The notes under the pieces: generated by a model
The model's input: the letters and a program-made list of their open reading frames with translations, nothing else
Told to the model about the DNA's origin: nothing
Databases searched by the model: none
Origin: an uncultured Verrucomicrobiota bacterium
Lineage (GTDB): Bacteria; Verrucomicrobiota; Verrucomicrobiia; Limisphaerales; SXQI01
Direction: 5' to 3'
DNA length: 64,000 bases
Assembly (NCBI GenBank): GCA_964566945.1
Contig: CAZMKE010000007.1
Location: 175,743 to 239,742 of the forward strand
Part shown: piece after piece, positions 15,393-25,648 of the stretch
Numbering within the stretch: the first letter of the stretch is position 1
Layout of the letters: each line of letters starts with the position of its first letter
Translations under genes and position numbers: made by a program

Positions 15393-16508
15393 TTGATTTA
15401 CTTCGACCACAACGCCACATCGCCGATTTGTCCGGCGGCGCGCGAGGCTTGGCTGAAGGCCTGCGAGAATTATCCGGCAAACCCAGCCAGCCCTCACCGG
15501 CTAGGGGGCAGAGCTGAGGCTGCTCTCGAGAATGCCCGGGTGCAAGCAGCCGAGCTTTTGGGCTGTTCCCCGTTGGATCTGGTCTGGACCTCCGGGGCGA
15601 CCGAGTCGAACAACGCGCTTTTCCACCATGCTGGTTTAGCGGGGGCGGGCGAGGCCTGGGTGTCAGCGGTGGAGCACCCCTCCGTGCTCAGACCGGCCCG
15701 GCGTTGGTTCGGCGAACGTTTGCGGACCATTCCAGTCAACCGGGAGGGGGTGGCGGACCTCGATTGGATCGAAACCGGCCTCCGAAAGGCCCGGCCTTCC
15801 CTGGTGGCAGTGATGGCGGCCAACAACGAGACCGGCGTGCTGCAGCCATGGCGTGACGTATTGCGCCTCTGCCGGGAGCGCGAAGTGCCGTTCGCGTGTG
15901 ACGCGGCCCAATGGGTGGGAAAGCAACCTTCGCGCGGGCTGGGGGATTGTGATTTTGTATCGGGCTGCGCTCACAAGTTCGGCGGACCGGTGGGCGTCGG
16001 GTTTATGAAAGTCCCGGCGCGGTTTCGACCGCTGCTGGTGGGGGGAGAGCAGGAACGAGGCTTGCGCTCGGGCACGCAGAACGTCGCTTCGGTGCTGGCG
16101 ATGGTGGCGGCATGGCAAAAACGAAATGAGCAGACTGCCGGCGGTGAGGCCGTGGAACGCGAAGGGTTTCGCGATCAGTTTGTCCGATTGCTGGCGGCGA
16201 GGTTGGCGGAATTTGAGGTCTTGGGAGGAGGACAAGCGCGTCTTTGGAATACGGCCACCGTGCTGTTGCCCGGGTCCTGTCGCAACCGCTGGGTGGTGAA
16301 ACTGGACAAGGCCGGATTCGCCGTTTCGACCGGCTCCGCATGTGCCAGCGGCAAGGCGGAGCCTTCGCATGTTCTGACGGCGATGGGCTACCCATCGGAA
16401 GCGGCGGAGCGGATGATTCGGTTCAGTGCCGGCTGGGAAACTGCGCGTGAAGACTGGGAAGCTCTGGCCGCGGCGGTATTAGCGCTGGCGGAGGGAGGCG
16501 CTGTGTAG
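15393..16508 (+). CDS. Cysteine desulfurase (class V aminotransferase, NifS/IscS-like)
   Basis: N-terminus IYFDHNATSP. PLP-Lys context SGCAHKFGGPVGVGF. Active-site Cys loop STGSACASG. TTG is the only in-frame start after an upstream TAG. Confidence 0.85.
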   Translation: MIYFDHNATSPICPAAREAWLKACENYPANPASPHRLGGRAEAALENARVQAAELLGCSPLDLVWTSGATESNNALFHHAGLAGAGEAWVSAVEHPSVLRPARRWFGERLRTIPVNREGVADLDWIETGLRKARPSLVAVMAANNETGVLQPWRDVLRLCREREVPFACDAAQWVGKQPSRGLGDCDFVSGCAHKFGGPVGVGFMKVPARFRPLLVGGEQERGLRSGTQNVASVLAMVAAWQKRNEQTAGGEAVEREGFRDQFVRLLAARLAEFEVLGGGQARLWNTATVLLPGSCRNRWVVKLDKAGFAVSTGSACASGKAEPSHVLTAMGYPSEAAERMIRFSAGWETAREDWEALAAAVLALAEGGAV

Positions 16509-17576
16509 CGGGGCGGAATCGGAGAATCTTCCGCTGCCGGCTCCCTGCACGTCCTGCAAGGAGGAGATTTGTGATTGGCCCGAGAGCCAGTCGTTAACCG
16601 GGGCGGCGAGGGCGTCGAGATAAAACGGAAGGAGTTCGTGCGCTGCCCTTGGGACGAGGAGCAGTTTATTTCCGGGGCCGGCGAGTTCGTAGAGGCGCTC
16701 GACTTGGTCCGGAGGCGCGATTCGGTCCGCTTCACCCGCGACGAAAAGGGCGGTTTCGTGATTCGCTTCCATCCATCGATCGGGGTTCAGCTCCCGTTCC
16801 GGCACATGCAGCAGTTCGGGCAGCTTGTGCAGGCCGGCGGTGACGAAGCTTTTGGGCACCCAGGGCGCGTATTGTTGTCGGATGTTTTGAGCGGCGCTCG
16901 CGAGATCGGCATAGGGCGACATCGCTACGACTTTGTCCAAGCGCGGATCGCGCAGCTTCCAGCGGAGCGCCAGCACCGCGCCGTACGAATGGCCGACCAC
17001 GCAGACCGGTTGCGCGAGATTCCTGCCTGCGCCCAGCTGATCCAGCAAGGCCGACAAATCCTGAATCTCCTGAGTGCCGAAGTAGATCTGCTTCCCGGTC
17101 GAACGTCCATGGCCCCGCAAATCCACCAAAACGCAGCGCCAGCCCTCCTGAGCCAGTAAGAATGCCCAGGGCAACATGGCGAAGCCGGCCACTCCATAGC
17201 CGTGCAGCAGGACTACAAGGCCCCGTGGGTTCTGGCTCCAGCGATTGGTCCTTTCCGCCGCGGATGCAATTTTGGCGTCAAAACTTAAGTCGAGCGTGCC
17301 CTTGGCTTCGTCCACCCGGTTGGTCCAGTGGAATTGGTAGTCGCCAGGGTCGATGATCCGGTAGCGGATTCTCGCCGCCGGAGACGGAATCTGCAGGTAT
17401 TGGTTGGGGAAGCCGGTCAGGAGCTTCTCGCTGAAGCGGAGAGTGACCGGTGCGTTCGGGGTGAACCAGGTCGGGTAGGTGTTTGGGGCCTGGGCCATCC
17501 GGCGGGCGGCAAAATTCCCGCAGCCCATCCCGCAGAGCAGGACGAACAGCGGCAGAATCACCCGGAGGGCTCTCAC
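16479..17576 (-). CDS. Alpha/beta hydrolase (secreted or lipoprotein)
   Basis: VVLLHGYG, VDLRGHGRS and the nucleophile elbow VVGHSYGA, with an N-terminal signal LPLFVLLCGMGC. Confidence 0.8.
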   Translation of the reverse strand: MRALRVILPLFVLLCGMGCGNFAARRMAQAPNTYPTWFTPNAPVTLRFSEKLLTGFPNQYLQIPSPAARIRYRIIDPGDYQFHWTNRVDEAKGTLDLSFDAKIASAAERTNRWSQNPRGLVVLLHGYGVAGFAMLPWAFLLAQEGWRCVLVDLRGHGRSTGKQIYFGTQEIQDLSALLDQLGAGRNLAQPVCVVGHSYGAVLALRWKLRDPRLDKVVAMSPYADLASAAQNIRQQYAPWVPKSFVTAGLHKLPELLHVPERELNPDRWMEANHETALFVAGEADRIAPPDQVERLYELAGPGNKLLLVPRAAHELLPFYLDALAAPVNDWLSGQSQISSLQDVQGAGSGRFSDSAPLHSASLRQR

Positions 17577-17701
17577 GAGGGGTTAGCATAGAGCCCGCCA
17601 GCGAGGTCGCCATGAGAATTTGGTTTTCGTGGTCATCGCCGCCCGACTTGCCGAGAGGCGGCGCGGCCCGCACTTTAGCCGCTTCCAGTCCTGGTTGGAG
17701 A

Positions 17702-19450
17702 ATGGAGACGAAACCAAAGAAAGGTTTGCGCAGTTTGTTCGGCGTGCTGGCGTTCCTGGGAAGATACCCGGGACGGATTGCCGTCTGCATCTCGCTGCTT
17801 CTGGTCAATATCAGCATTGAAATGTCGCTGCCGCAGATCATTGGGAGCGCGGTGACCAATCTGCGCTGGCACATGGAGTGGGGGGCGGAATTTGCGCGGA
17901 ACAGCTACGTGCTCTTATTCCTGTCATTGGTCCTGATTCGGGCGGGGGTCGGCCATGTGATGGGCCCGGCACGCAACCGGCTCGTGCAAACGACGCTGGG
18001 TGACATTCGCAGCGCCATCTATGACACGATGCAGCGGCTCGCCTTTTCCTACTATGATCGAACAAGCTCCGGGGAACTGATCTCGCGCGCCACCACGGAC
18101 GTCTGGAGGCTCCAGGATTTCTTTTTCGCCTGCCTATTGATGGCGGTGGATATTGTGGTTTCGCTGGTGGTGACCGCCTTGCTCATTTTCTGGATCAGTC
18201 CGGTCCTGGCGCTGATCACTCTGGCGACGGTTTTGCCGACTGCGGGGCTGCTGGCCTACTATTCGAAGATCCTGCATCCCCAATGGCGGAAGGTGCACGA
18301 TCTGCACAGCGAAATGACAACGGTCGTGCAGGAGAACATCGCGGGCGTTCGGGTGGTGAAGGCGTTTGCGAAGGAAGGAGCTGAAGTCGGCAAATTCACG
18401 CGGAAGCGCGACGTTTACGTGGAAACCATGATGCGGACGGTGTCCTTTTGGGCTGCCCGCGTCCCCCTGGCCCAGTTTATTTTTGGGCTGGCTCTCCCCC
18501 TGGTGCTCTGGCAGGGCGGCCGGGAAGTGATCCGCGGCGAAATTCTCCTGGGTGATTTGGTCAAGGTGATCTTTTACTTGTTGGCGATCGGCAACCGGAT
18601 GGGGGCGATTGGCCAGTTCACCAATATTATTCAGAATGCCAGCGCCAGCGCGGAGCGCGTGATGGAGGTGGTGCAGGAGCCGGAAAGAATCCGCAATGGC
18701 CATAAAAAACTCCCGCCAACGGGCGGATCCGTGGAATTCCGGCAGGTCAGCTTTGAATATGGGAAAGGCAAGCCTGCGTTGATCGACGTAACTTTCATCG
18801 CGGAACCCGGGAAAACCTACGCGCTGGTCGGACCGACCGGCTCAGGCAAAAGCACTTTGGTGCACTTGATTCCGCGGTATTACGACGCGACCTCCGGCAG
18901 TGTTTGGATTGACGGCATCGACATTCGGGAAATCGATGTGCGGGACTTGCGAGCCCGGGTGGGCATCATCTTCCAGGACACGTTCCTCTTTAGCGCATCG
19001 GTGGCGGAGAATATCGCCTACGGCAGGCCCGACGCGCACCTGGCCGAGATCGAACGATGCGCGAGGGCGGCGCAGGCCCACGATTTCATTACGGAGCTGG
19101 AGAGCGGGTACGATACGATCGTGGGCGAGCGTGGCGTGACCTTGAGCGGCGGGCAGAAGCAACGCATTGCCATCGCGCGTGCGTTTTTGATGAATCCCCG
19201 CTTTCTGATCCTGGATGATGCCACAGCGAGCGTGGATTCCCGCACGGAACATGCCATTCAACGAGCTCTGGCGGACCTGAGCGCCGGCCGGACCACGTTC
19301 ATTATCGCGCATCGGTTTTCCACAGTGCAGCACGCGGACCAGATCCTGGTTTTGAAGGAGGGGCGGCTGGTCGAGCGCGGGACGCACCATGAATTGGTCG
19401 GCCGGGGCGGGTACTACTCGGAGATTTACGAGCAGCAACTGCATAAATAG
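17702..19450 (+). CDS. ABC transporter, fused permease/ATPase (exporter half-transporter)
   Basis: Walker A GPTGSGKST, signature LSGGQKQR and Walker B FLILDDATS, with six predicted TM helices N-terminal. Start moved to ATG 17702 (METKPKK...) to avoid overlap with the convergent hydrolase gene. Confidence 0.9.
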   Translation: METKPKKGLRSLFGVLAFLGRYPGRIAVCISLLLVNISIEMSLPQIIGSAVTNLRWHMEWGAEFARNSYVLLFLSLVLIRAGVGHVMGPARNRLVQTTLGDIRSAIYDTMQRLAFSYYDRTSSGELISRATTDVWRLQDFFFACLLMAVDIVVSLVVTALLIFWISPVLALITLATVLPTAGLLAYYSKILHPQWRKVHDLHSEMTTVVQENIAGVRVVKAFAKEGAEVGKFTRKRDVYVETMMRTVSFWAARVPLAQFIFGLALPLVLWQGGREVIRGEILLGDLVKVIFYLLAIGNRMGAIGQFTNIIQNASASAERVMEVVQEPERIRNGHKKLPPTGGSVEFRQVSFEYGKGKPALIDVTFIAEPGKTYALVGPTGSGKSTLVHLIPRYYDATSGSVWIDGIDIREIDVRDLRARVGIIFQDTFLFSASVAENIAYGRPDAHLAEIERCARAAQAHDFITELESGYDTIVGERGVTLSGGQKQRIAIARAFLMNPRFLILDDATASVDSRTEHAIQRALADLSAGRTTFIIAHRFSTVQHADQILVLKEGRLVERGTHHELVGRGGYYSEIYEQQLHK

Positions 19451-21256
19451 ATGGCAAAGGACGACCATATTCTGATCGAAGAGGCTTTCGCCCAGAAGCG
19501 AATGACTCGGGCGACGTTTTGGCGGCTGGCGCAGTATGTGCGTCCGTATCGGAGGGCGTTCCTGCTGAATTTGCTGTTTACGCTCCTGGCCACGGTCTCG
19601 CAACTGCTTGGCCCCAAATTCATTCAGCTGGGGATTGACCGGCATCTGGCCAACTTCACGACGATGCAGGCCGCCATGCGGGGCATCTTTGTCATCAGCC
19701 TGGTTTACCTGGTGAATCTGCTCCTGGGGTGGCTGCTTTCCGTGCTGCAGGTGAAGAGTGCCATTCAGGTCGGCCAGCGCGCCATGAACGACATGCGATT
19801 AGCGGTCTTCGAGCATATCCAGCGACTGTCGCTCAGTTTTTTTGACCGAACGCACCAGGGGCGGATCATCAGCCGGGCGGATACGGATATCGACGCCCTG
19901 GATCGGATTGTGACGTGGGGGGCGAACCAGTTGATCGCGAGCGCTTTTACGTTTCTCGGAGTGATTGTGCTGATGGTGCAGTATGATTGGCGTTTATGTC
20001 TGGCTGTCTCCGTGGTCCTGCCGCCGCTGGGGATTGCGACGCAAGTGTTCCAAAAGCATGCCATGCTGGCCTATCGGAAGATGCGCGAGCAGGCTTCGCG
20101 GATTACGGCTGCCCTGGCCGAGAACATCAATGGCGTGCGGGTGGTGCAGGCTTTTGGGCGTGAGGACAAGAACCTGCAGCGGTTTGACGAGTTGAATGAC
20201 GCCTACGCGGAACGAGCCCTGGTGGCCTCCCGCATCTTTCACACCTATCTGCCTTTCGTCGGGCTGGTTTCAGGCATCGCCACGGCCATCATTCTCGGTT
20301 ACGGCAGCACTCTGGTGATCCATCACTCGATTACCGTCGGTGAGTTGGCTGCGTTCATCCTTTACCTCAGCATGTTTTTTGGGCCGATCCAAACCATGGG
20401 TGATCTTTATAATTCCCTGCTTTCGACTGCTGCCAGCGCCGAACGAATCTTCCAACTGCTGGATACCCAGCCGCAGGTGATCAATCGCCCGAAAGCGATC
20501 GATCTGCCCCGCATTCACGGCCGGGTGGAATTTGATCACGTCATGTTTCGTTACGACACCACCCCGGAGGATCAATGGGTCTTGAAGAATATCTCGTTTG
20601 CCGCCGAGCCCGGCCAGACGATCGCGCTGGTGGGGGAAACGGGTTCGGGCAAAACCAGCATTGTCAGCCTGCTGGCGCGCTTCTACGAACCGCAACACGG
20701 CCGCATCCTGATGGACGGCCGGAATCTCGCGGAAAGCACCATCGAATCGTTGCGCGCTCAAATTGGAATTGTGACCCAGGAGAACTTCCTCTTCACCGGA
20801 ACGGTGATGGAGAACCTCAAGTTCGGCCGGCCGCAGGCGACGGACGAGGAGGTCATGGCGGCGGCCAAAATACTCGGAACGCATGAGATCATTCTGCGGC
20901 TCAAGGAGGGGTATCAAACCGCCGTGACCGAGCGCGGGAACAACCTCAGCGCGGGCGAGCGGCAATTATTGACCTTCACCAGGGCCATGGCGGCAAACCC
21001 GCGGATTCTGATCCTGGATGAGGCCACCAGCGCGGTTGATCCCGGCACGGAAGTCATTATCCAGCATGCCTTGGATAAGCTTTTCGAGAAGCGGACGAGC
21101 TTTGTCATTGCGCACCGCTTGTCGACGGTGCGGCACGCGCACTTGATCCTGGTGCTCAGCCATGGCGAGATCGTGGAACGCGGGACGCATGAGGAACTGG
21201 TGGCCAAGTCGGGCCTCTACAGCCGGCTCTACCAGGAATTTGTGCGCCAGAGCTGA
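19451..21256 (+). CDS. ABC transporter, fused permease/ATPase (partner half-transporter)
   Basis: Walker A GETGSGKTS, signature LSAGERQL and Walker B ILILDEATS. It starts directly after the stop of the preceding ABC gene. Confidence 0.9.
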   Translation: MAKDDHILIEEAFAQKRMTRATFWRLAQYVRPYRRAFLLNLLFTLLATVSQLLGPKFIQLGIDRHLANFTTMQAAMRGIFVISLVYLVNLLLGWLLSVLQVKSAIQVGQRAMNDMRLAVFEHIQRLSLSFFDRTHQGRIISRADTDIDALDRIVTWGANQLIASAFTFLGVIVLMVQYDWRLCLAVSVVLPPLGIATQVFQKHAMLAYRKMREQASRITAALAENINGVRVVQAFGREDKNLQRFDELNDAYAERALVASRIFHTYLPFVGLVSGIATAIILGYGSTLVIHHSITVGELAAFILYLSMFFGPIQTMGDLYNSLLSTAASAERIFQLLDTQPQVINRPKAIDLPRIHGRVEFDHVMFRYDTTPEDQWVLKNISFAAEPGQTIALVGETGSGKTSIVSLLARFYEPQHGRILMDGRNLAESTIESLRAQIGIVTQENFLFTGTVMENLKFGRPQATDEEVMAAAKILGTHEIILRLKEGYQTAVTERGNNLSAGERQLLTFTRAMAANPRILILDEATSAVDPGTEVIIQHALDKLFEKRTSFVIAHRLSTVRHAHLILVLSHGEIVERGTHEELVAKSGLYSRLYQEFVRQS

Positions 21257-21382
21257 TTTTTGGCGGATCAATCCGGCACTCTCCGGGCGTTCCGGCGGGG
21301 CCAAAACAGGTGTCCGGAAATCTACGGGAATGCGCTTTACAACTCTGTCGGCCCGGTTAGGCTACGGAAAAACCAAGTTGAT

Positions 21383-21820
21383 ATGCGTAAGTTGATTGGC
21401 TCCGCGGCCGCCGTTTTAAGCATCGCGGCATTCGCGACTGGCTGTGCCGGACCGGAACAAAAGCTCGGTCGAGGGATAAACAACGCGACCGAATTCGCGC
21501 GCATGGGCGAACTTCGACGCTCGATGGAACAAACCGCGATTTGGGATGGAACCGAAGAAGGTTACACCACCGGCTTTATCCGCGGGTTTAATCGCAGCCT
21601 CGCTCGGACCGGCGTCGGCCTTTTCGAAATCGTTACTTTCCCGATTCCGACCCCAAACTACGATCCAATTTTCCTCCCGGCTTCCCCGGTTTATCCGGAT
21701 AGCTACACTCCGGCGTTGATCGCTGATCCGACTTTCGGGCCGGATGCCGCCCTCGGGTTCACTGGCGGGGATGTCACCCCGTTCCTTCCGGGCAGCCGTT
21801 TCCGGATTTTCGACTATTAA
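21383..21820 (+). CDS. Small lipoprotein, unknown function
   Basis: MRKLIGSAAAVLSIAAFATGC is a lipobox-type signal. Start chosen at ATG 21383. Confidence 0.6.
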   Translation: MRKLIGSAAAVLSIAAFATGCAGPEQKLGRGINNATEFARMGELRRSMEQTAIWDGTEEGYTTGFIRGFNRSLARTGVGLFEIVTFPIPTPNYDPIFLPASPVYPDSYTPALIADPTFGPDAALGFTGGDVTPFLPGSRFRIFDY

Positions 21821-21840
21821 TCGGTCAGTTAATTTTTGGA

Positions 21841-21868
21841 AGCGCCAACGGCTCGTTGGCGCTTTTTT
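21841..21868 (+). terminator. Rho-independent terminator after the lipoprotein gene
   Basis: AGCGCCAAC (21841-21849) pairs with GTTGGCGCT (21855-21863), followed by a T-run through 21868. It ends 3 nt before the ispE ATG. Confidence 0.7.
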
Positions 21869-21871
21869 ATT

Positions 21872-22744
21872 ATGCAGGTCGAGCTGAATTCACCCTGCAA
21901 GGTTAACCTCATCCTCAATATTCTGCGCAAGCGGCCGGACGGCTTTCACGAGCTGGAGACCGTGATGCAGCCCGTTCCGATTTTCGATCGGCTGCGCCTC
22001 GAAACGACGGCGAGTGGGATTCAGTTGAGCTGCAATCATCCGGGATTGCCTACTGATTCGGGGAATCTGGTGTATCGGGCTGCTGAATCGTTCTTTAAGG
22101 CCGCCGGGATTTCGGCGGGGGTGCGAATCCATCTCGAAAAGCAAATTCCGCTGGCGGCCGGTTTGGGCGGAGGAAGCGGGAATGCAGCCGTAACCCTGGC
22201 GGGGTTGAACGGCCTTTTCGGTTCTCCATTGTCCAACGCCGATCTGCAGCGGTTGGCGAGCGCTCTCGGGTCGGACGTTCCTTTCTTTCTCCAGGACAAG
22301 CCCGCCATCGGAGTGGGGCGGGGAGAGCAGGTTCGATCTCTGGACAAGTTTCCGGTTCTGCAGGGCAAAGCCTTGATTTTGATCCATCCAGGTTTTGGCG
22401 TCTCCACCGCCTGGGCTTACAAGAACCTCGCCCGGTTTCCCGAAGCGCTGAACGGCGTTCCCGGTCGGGCGGATCGGTTGGTGCAAAACTTGCAGGTGTC
22501 GGTCTCGGCAGCAGCGCCGGACTTCTACAATTCCCTGGAAGCGCCGGTTCTGCGGAAGTTTCCGTTGTTGGCCATGTTTCAGGATTTTCTCCGGGCCGAA
22601 GGGGCTTTGATCGCCATGATGTCTGGCAGCGGTTCCACCACATTTGCCATTGCGGAGACGTTAGCGAAAGCGGAAGCGTTGCTGGAGCGATTCCGGTCGA
22701 AGTTCGGCTCCTTCTGCTGGACGACCAGCGTGGTTTTCGCCTGA
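21872..22744 (+). CDS. ispE: 4-diphosphocytidyl-2-C-methyl-D-erythritol kinase
   Basis: N-terminus SPCKVNLILNILRKRPDGFHELETV. GHMP kinase motif PLAAGLGGGSGNAAV. C-terminal MSGSGSTTFA. Confidence 0.85.
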   Translation: MQVELNSPCKVNLILNILRKRPDGFHELETVMQPVPIFDRLRLETTASGIQLSCNHPGLPTDSGNLVYRAAESFFKAAGISAGVRIHLEKQIPLAAGLGGGSGNAAVTLAGLNGLFGSPLSNADLQRLASALGSDVPFFLQDKPAIGVGRGEQVRSLDKFPVLQGKALILIHPGFGVSTAWAYKNLARFPEALNGVPGRADRLVQNLQVSVSAAAPDFYNSLEAPVLRKFPLLAMFQDFLRAEGALIAMMSGSGSTTFAIAETLAKAEALLERFRSKFGSFCWTTSVVFA

Positions 22745-22822
22745 GGAGGTTTTCGGCGGTAAAAGTAAATTTGGCGGCGATGGCTCCCGCGGTTATTATC
22801 TGAGAGAATCATTGCCGCCCAA

Positions 22823-25087
22823 ATGAATCGCTTCGGCCTCCCGCTGCTTTTTTGCACCCTTCTGACGGCTTTTGGCGCGGTCCCCTTGAGATTCGCGCCG
22901 GCTCCGAACGACACCTATTGGAATCAACAGTGGTATTTGGAGAATCTTGGCACAAATGCCGTCCGAGTTGGCATCGACGTTAACGTCCGCACGGCCTGGG
23001 CGCAGAGCTTGGGCGAGGGAGTGACGATCGCGATAGTCGACGACGGCGTGGACTTGAATCATCCCGAACTGATCGACCGGGCCCGGTCCGAACTGCACTG
23101 GAATTTCGCCAGCGGCGCGCCGAACGGCAATCATCCAACCGACGCGCAAATGCACGGCACCGCAGTGGCTGGCCTGGCGGTGGCGGAGGCGAACAACGAG
23201 CGGGGCATGGCCGGACTGGCCCCTAAGGCGAACTTCACCAGTTGGGTCATCTTCAAGACGAACAACGTGGGCGGGCCATTTGTCGGAACCAACGATCTGG
23301 CGGCCATGTTCCGTTTCCGTTCGCAAGAGGTGCAGGTTCAAAATCACAGCTGGGTAACGCCCAATGGGGATGCGCTGGTCACAATGAGCACCGCGGAGGA
23401 TCAGGCGATTGGTGAGGCGACGACCACTGGCCGGCAGGGCCGCGGGGTGATCATGGTCCGTGCGGGCGGCAACGATCGCATCCAGGGGCGGAACGCCAAT
23501 GATGATGCCTATATTTTGGACGCCAGAGCTATTGCGGTAGCCGCTCTGAATCCGGATGGCGTTGTGTCCAGCTACAGCACCCCGGGAGCGCCTCTTCTTG
23601 TGGCGGCGCCGGGCGGCGAGTTGGGCGTGGCGACGCTGTTCACCACCGATCGGGTTGGGAACAAGGGATACAATCGGATCGGGTTTACCAACGATCTGGC
23701 GGATTACGCTTTTGACAGCCTTGGTTTTACCGGCACATCGGCCGCCGCGCCCCTGGTTTCCGGAACGGTGGCGCTGATGCTTGCTCGCAATCCGGCCCTA
23801 ACCGTCCGCGATGTGCAACAGATCCTGCTGCTTTCCGCTTACCAAACCAATCCGAACGATACGGATGTTCAGCGCACCGGTCCCGGGCTCCTGGTCAGTC
23901 ACAATTCGGGCTACGGCTTGATCAGCGCGGGCACCGCGGTCGATTTGGCTTCGCGCTGGACGAACCGCCCGCCCGCCGTGAGCACGCGGGCGGTGGCGGA
24001 ACAGGAGATCGATATTCCCGATGCCGGCTTGACTCTCGCCATTCAGCCCGCGGGAGGGAGTTCGCCAAATCTGTTGATAACAGCGTTGCCAAGCCTTGGA
24101 CTACATATCGACAAGAGCTCAGACAATGTCCGTCTTGTTTACGTGGGTGACGGTTCGGAACCGCTGGATGATTTGACGGGCAAAGCGGCGTTGATCCAGC
24201 GTGGCAATCTCACTTTTTCCGAAAAAATCGCCAACGCCGCCAAAGCGGGCGCACTCTTTGCAGTGATTTTCAACAACACCGGCGCCAACGCGCTCCAGTT
24301 GATGGGCGGCACCGACTACGCGCCGATTCCGGCGGTCTTCATCTCGCAACAGGATGGAGAGACGCTGACGAACCTGCTCGGCCAGTCCGCCGCGTTTGCC
24401 CAGATCCGCTTCGACACCGCGGATTACGATTTTCAAGTGAGCGACTCACTGCTCTGCGAGCATGTGAAGGTCACCGTGGAAGCGACTCATGAGCAACGGG
24501 GCGATCTGCGGATTACGCTCGTTTCCCCCATGGGGACGCGCAGTGTTTTGCAGCGCCTCGGGCGGGATCTGAGCCCGTTCCCAAAACAATGGACCTTCAC
24601 CAGCACGCATCATTTTTACGAGAGCAGCCAGGGAACCTGGCATTTGCAGATCGGAGATGAATCCGCGGGAGGGACCGGGACTGTGCACCGGGCGACGCTG
24701 GAAATTCTGGGAGTGCCGATCAAGGACGCGGACCATGACGGGCTGGATGATGATTGGGAAATGGCCCACTTCAATTCTCTGCAGTATGGGCCGATGGACG
24801 ATCCGGATCAGGACGGATACTCCAACGCGCGCGAACAGATCTTGGGCACCGATCCGGCAGCCAACGAAAGTCCGCTGGCGGTGGGCCTTTCGTTCTGGGA
24901 CGATTCGGTGGTTCGGTTGAACTGGCCATCCCGGTCCGGCGCGGTCTACCAGATCGTTGGCAAAACAAACCTCAATGCGCCGCTCAGCATTTTCGGGGAG
25001 ATCTCAGGCGGTTTTCCCCGGACAACCTGGTTCCAGAAAGCGGGCGCGCCGTTTCAGTGCTTTATCATCCGTGAAAAGCCGCAATGA
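22823..25087 (+). CDS. Secreted subtilisin-like S8 peptidase with PA domain and proprotein-convertase P-domain
   Basis: Catalytic triad contexts IAIVDDGVD, HGTAVAGLA and GTSAAAPLVSG. PA-like insert KAALIQRGNLTFSEKIANAAKAGA. P-domain THEQRGDLRITLVSPMGTRSVL. Thrombospondin-type-3-like DADHDGLDDDWE and DDPDQDGYSN. Confidence 0.9.
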   Translation: MNRFGLPLLFCTLLTAFGAVPLRFAPAPNDTYWNQQWYLENLGTNAVRVGIDVNVRTAWAQSLGEGVTIAIVDDGVDLNHPELIDRARSELHWNFASGAPNGNHPTDAQMHGTAVAGLAVAEANNERGMAGLAPKANFTSWVIFKTNNVGGPFVGTNDLAAMFRFRSQEVQVQNHSWVTPNGDALVTMSTAEDQAIGEATTTGRQGRGVIMVRAGGNDRIQGRNANDDAYILDARAIAVAALNPDGVVSSYSTPGAPLLVAAPGGELGVATLFTTDRVGNKGYNRIGFTNDLADYAFDSLGFTGTSAAAPLVSGTVALMLARNPALTVRDVQQILLLSAYQTNPNDTDVQRTGPGLLVSHNSGYGLISAGTAVDLASRWTNRPPAVSTRAVAEQEIDIPDAGLTLAIQPAGGSSPNLLITALPSLGLHIDKSSDNVRLVYVGDGSEPLDDLTGKAALIQRGNLTFSEKIANAAKAGALFAVIFNNTGANALQLMGGTDYAPIPAVFISQQDGETLTNLLGQSAAFAQIRFDTADYDFQVSDSLLCEHVKVTVEATHEQRGDLRITLVSPMGTRSVLQRLGRDLSPFPKQWTFTSTHHFYESSQGTWHLQIGDESAGGTGTVHRATLEILGVPIKDADHDGLDDDWEMAHFNSLQYGPMDDPDQDGYSNAREQILGTDPAANESPLAVGLSFWDDSVVRLNWPSRSGAVYQIVGKTNLNAPLSIFGEISGGFPRTTWFQKAGAPFQCFIIREKPQ

Positions 25088-25144
25088 GGGGCCTCGATCG
25101 GAAACGTTTGCCTGACGGAACTGTCTGTTGAATTCTTCCGCCGG

Positions 25145-25648
25145 GTGAAGCTGCCATACAAAATTGCGACGCTCCTTTACGCTTTCAACGAAGAGGGCCA
25201 GGTGCTCCTGATGGAGCGGGCGCGGGAGCCAAATCAGGGCCTGTGGAGCCCGTGCGGGGGAAAGCTGCACGCGGACGAGGGCGAATCGCCCTACGCGTGC
25301 GCCTGTCGCGAAGCCGGGGAGGAAATGGGCTTATCGCTGCGGCCGGAGGATCTGCGCCTGATGGGAATCGTGAGCGAAGCCGGTTACCAAGGGCAGGCGC
25401 ATTGGCTGATGTTTCTATTTGAGATCAAGCCGCGGCTGCGGGCTGTGCCGCCACCGCACCCGGAGGGCAGTTTTTCCTTCTTTTCCCGGGAAGAGCTGGC
25501 GGGACTGAAATTGCCCCGGACCGACTCCGAGCAGATCTGGTCGTTGGTTTGGCGGCACCGACGCGGCTTCTTTTCGGCTCATTGCCGTTCGCAAGAGGAC
25601 CGGCCGGACGAGTGGGTTTTGGAGGAATCAAGACCAGGAGATTGCTGA
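25145..25648 (+). CDS. NUDIX hydrolase
   Basis: Nudix-box-like GGKLHADEGESPYACACREAGEEMGL. GTG start. Its stop overlaps the tadA ATG (TGATG). Confidence 0.8.
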   Translation: MKLPYKIATLLYAFNEEGQVLLMERAREPNQGLWSPCGGKLHADEGESPYACACREAGEEMGLSLRPEDLRLMGIVSEAGYQGQAHWLMFLFEIKPRLRAVPPPHPEGSFSFFSREELAGLKLPRTDSEQIWSLVWRHRRGFFSAHCRSQEDRPDEWVLEESRPGDC

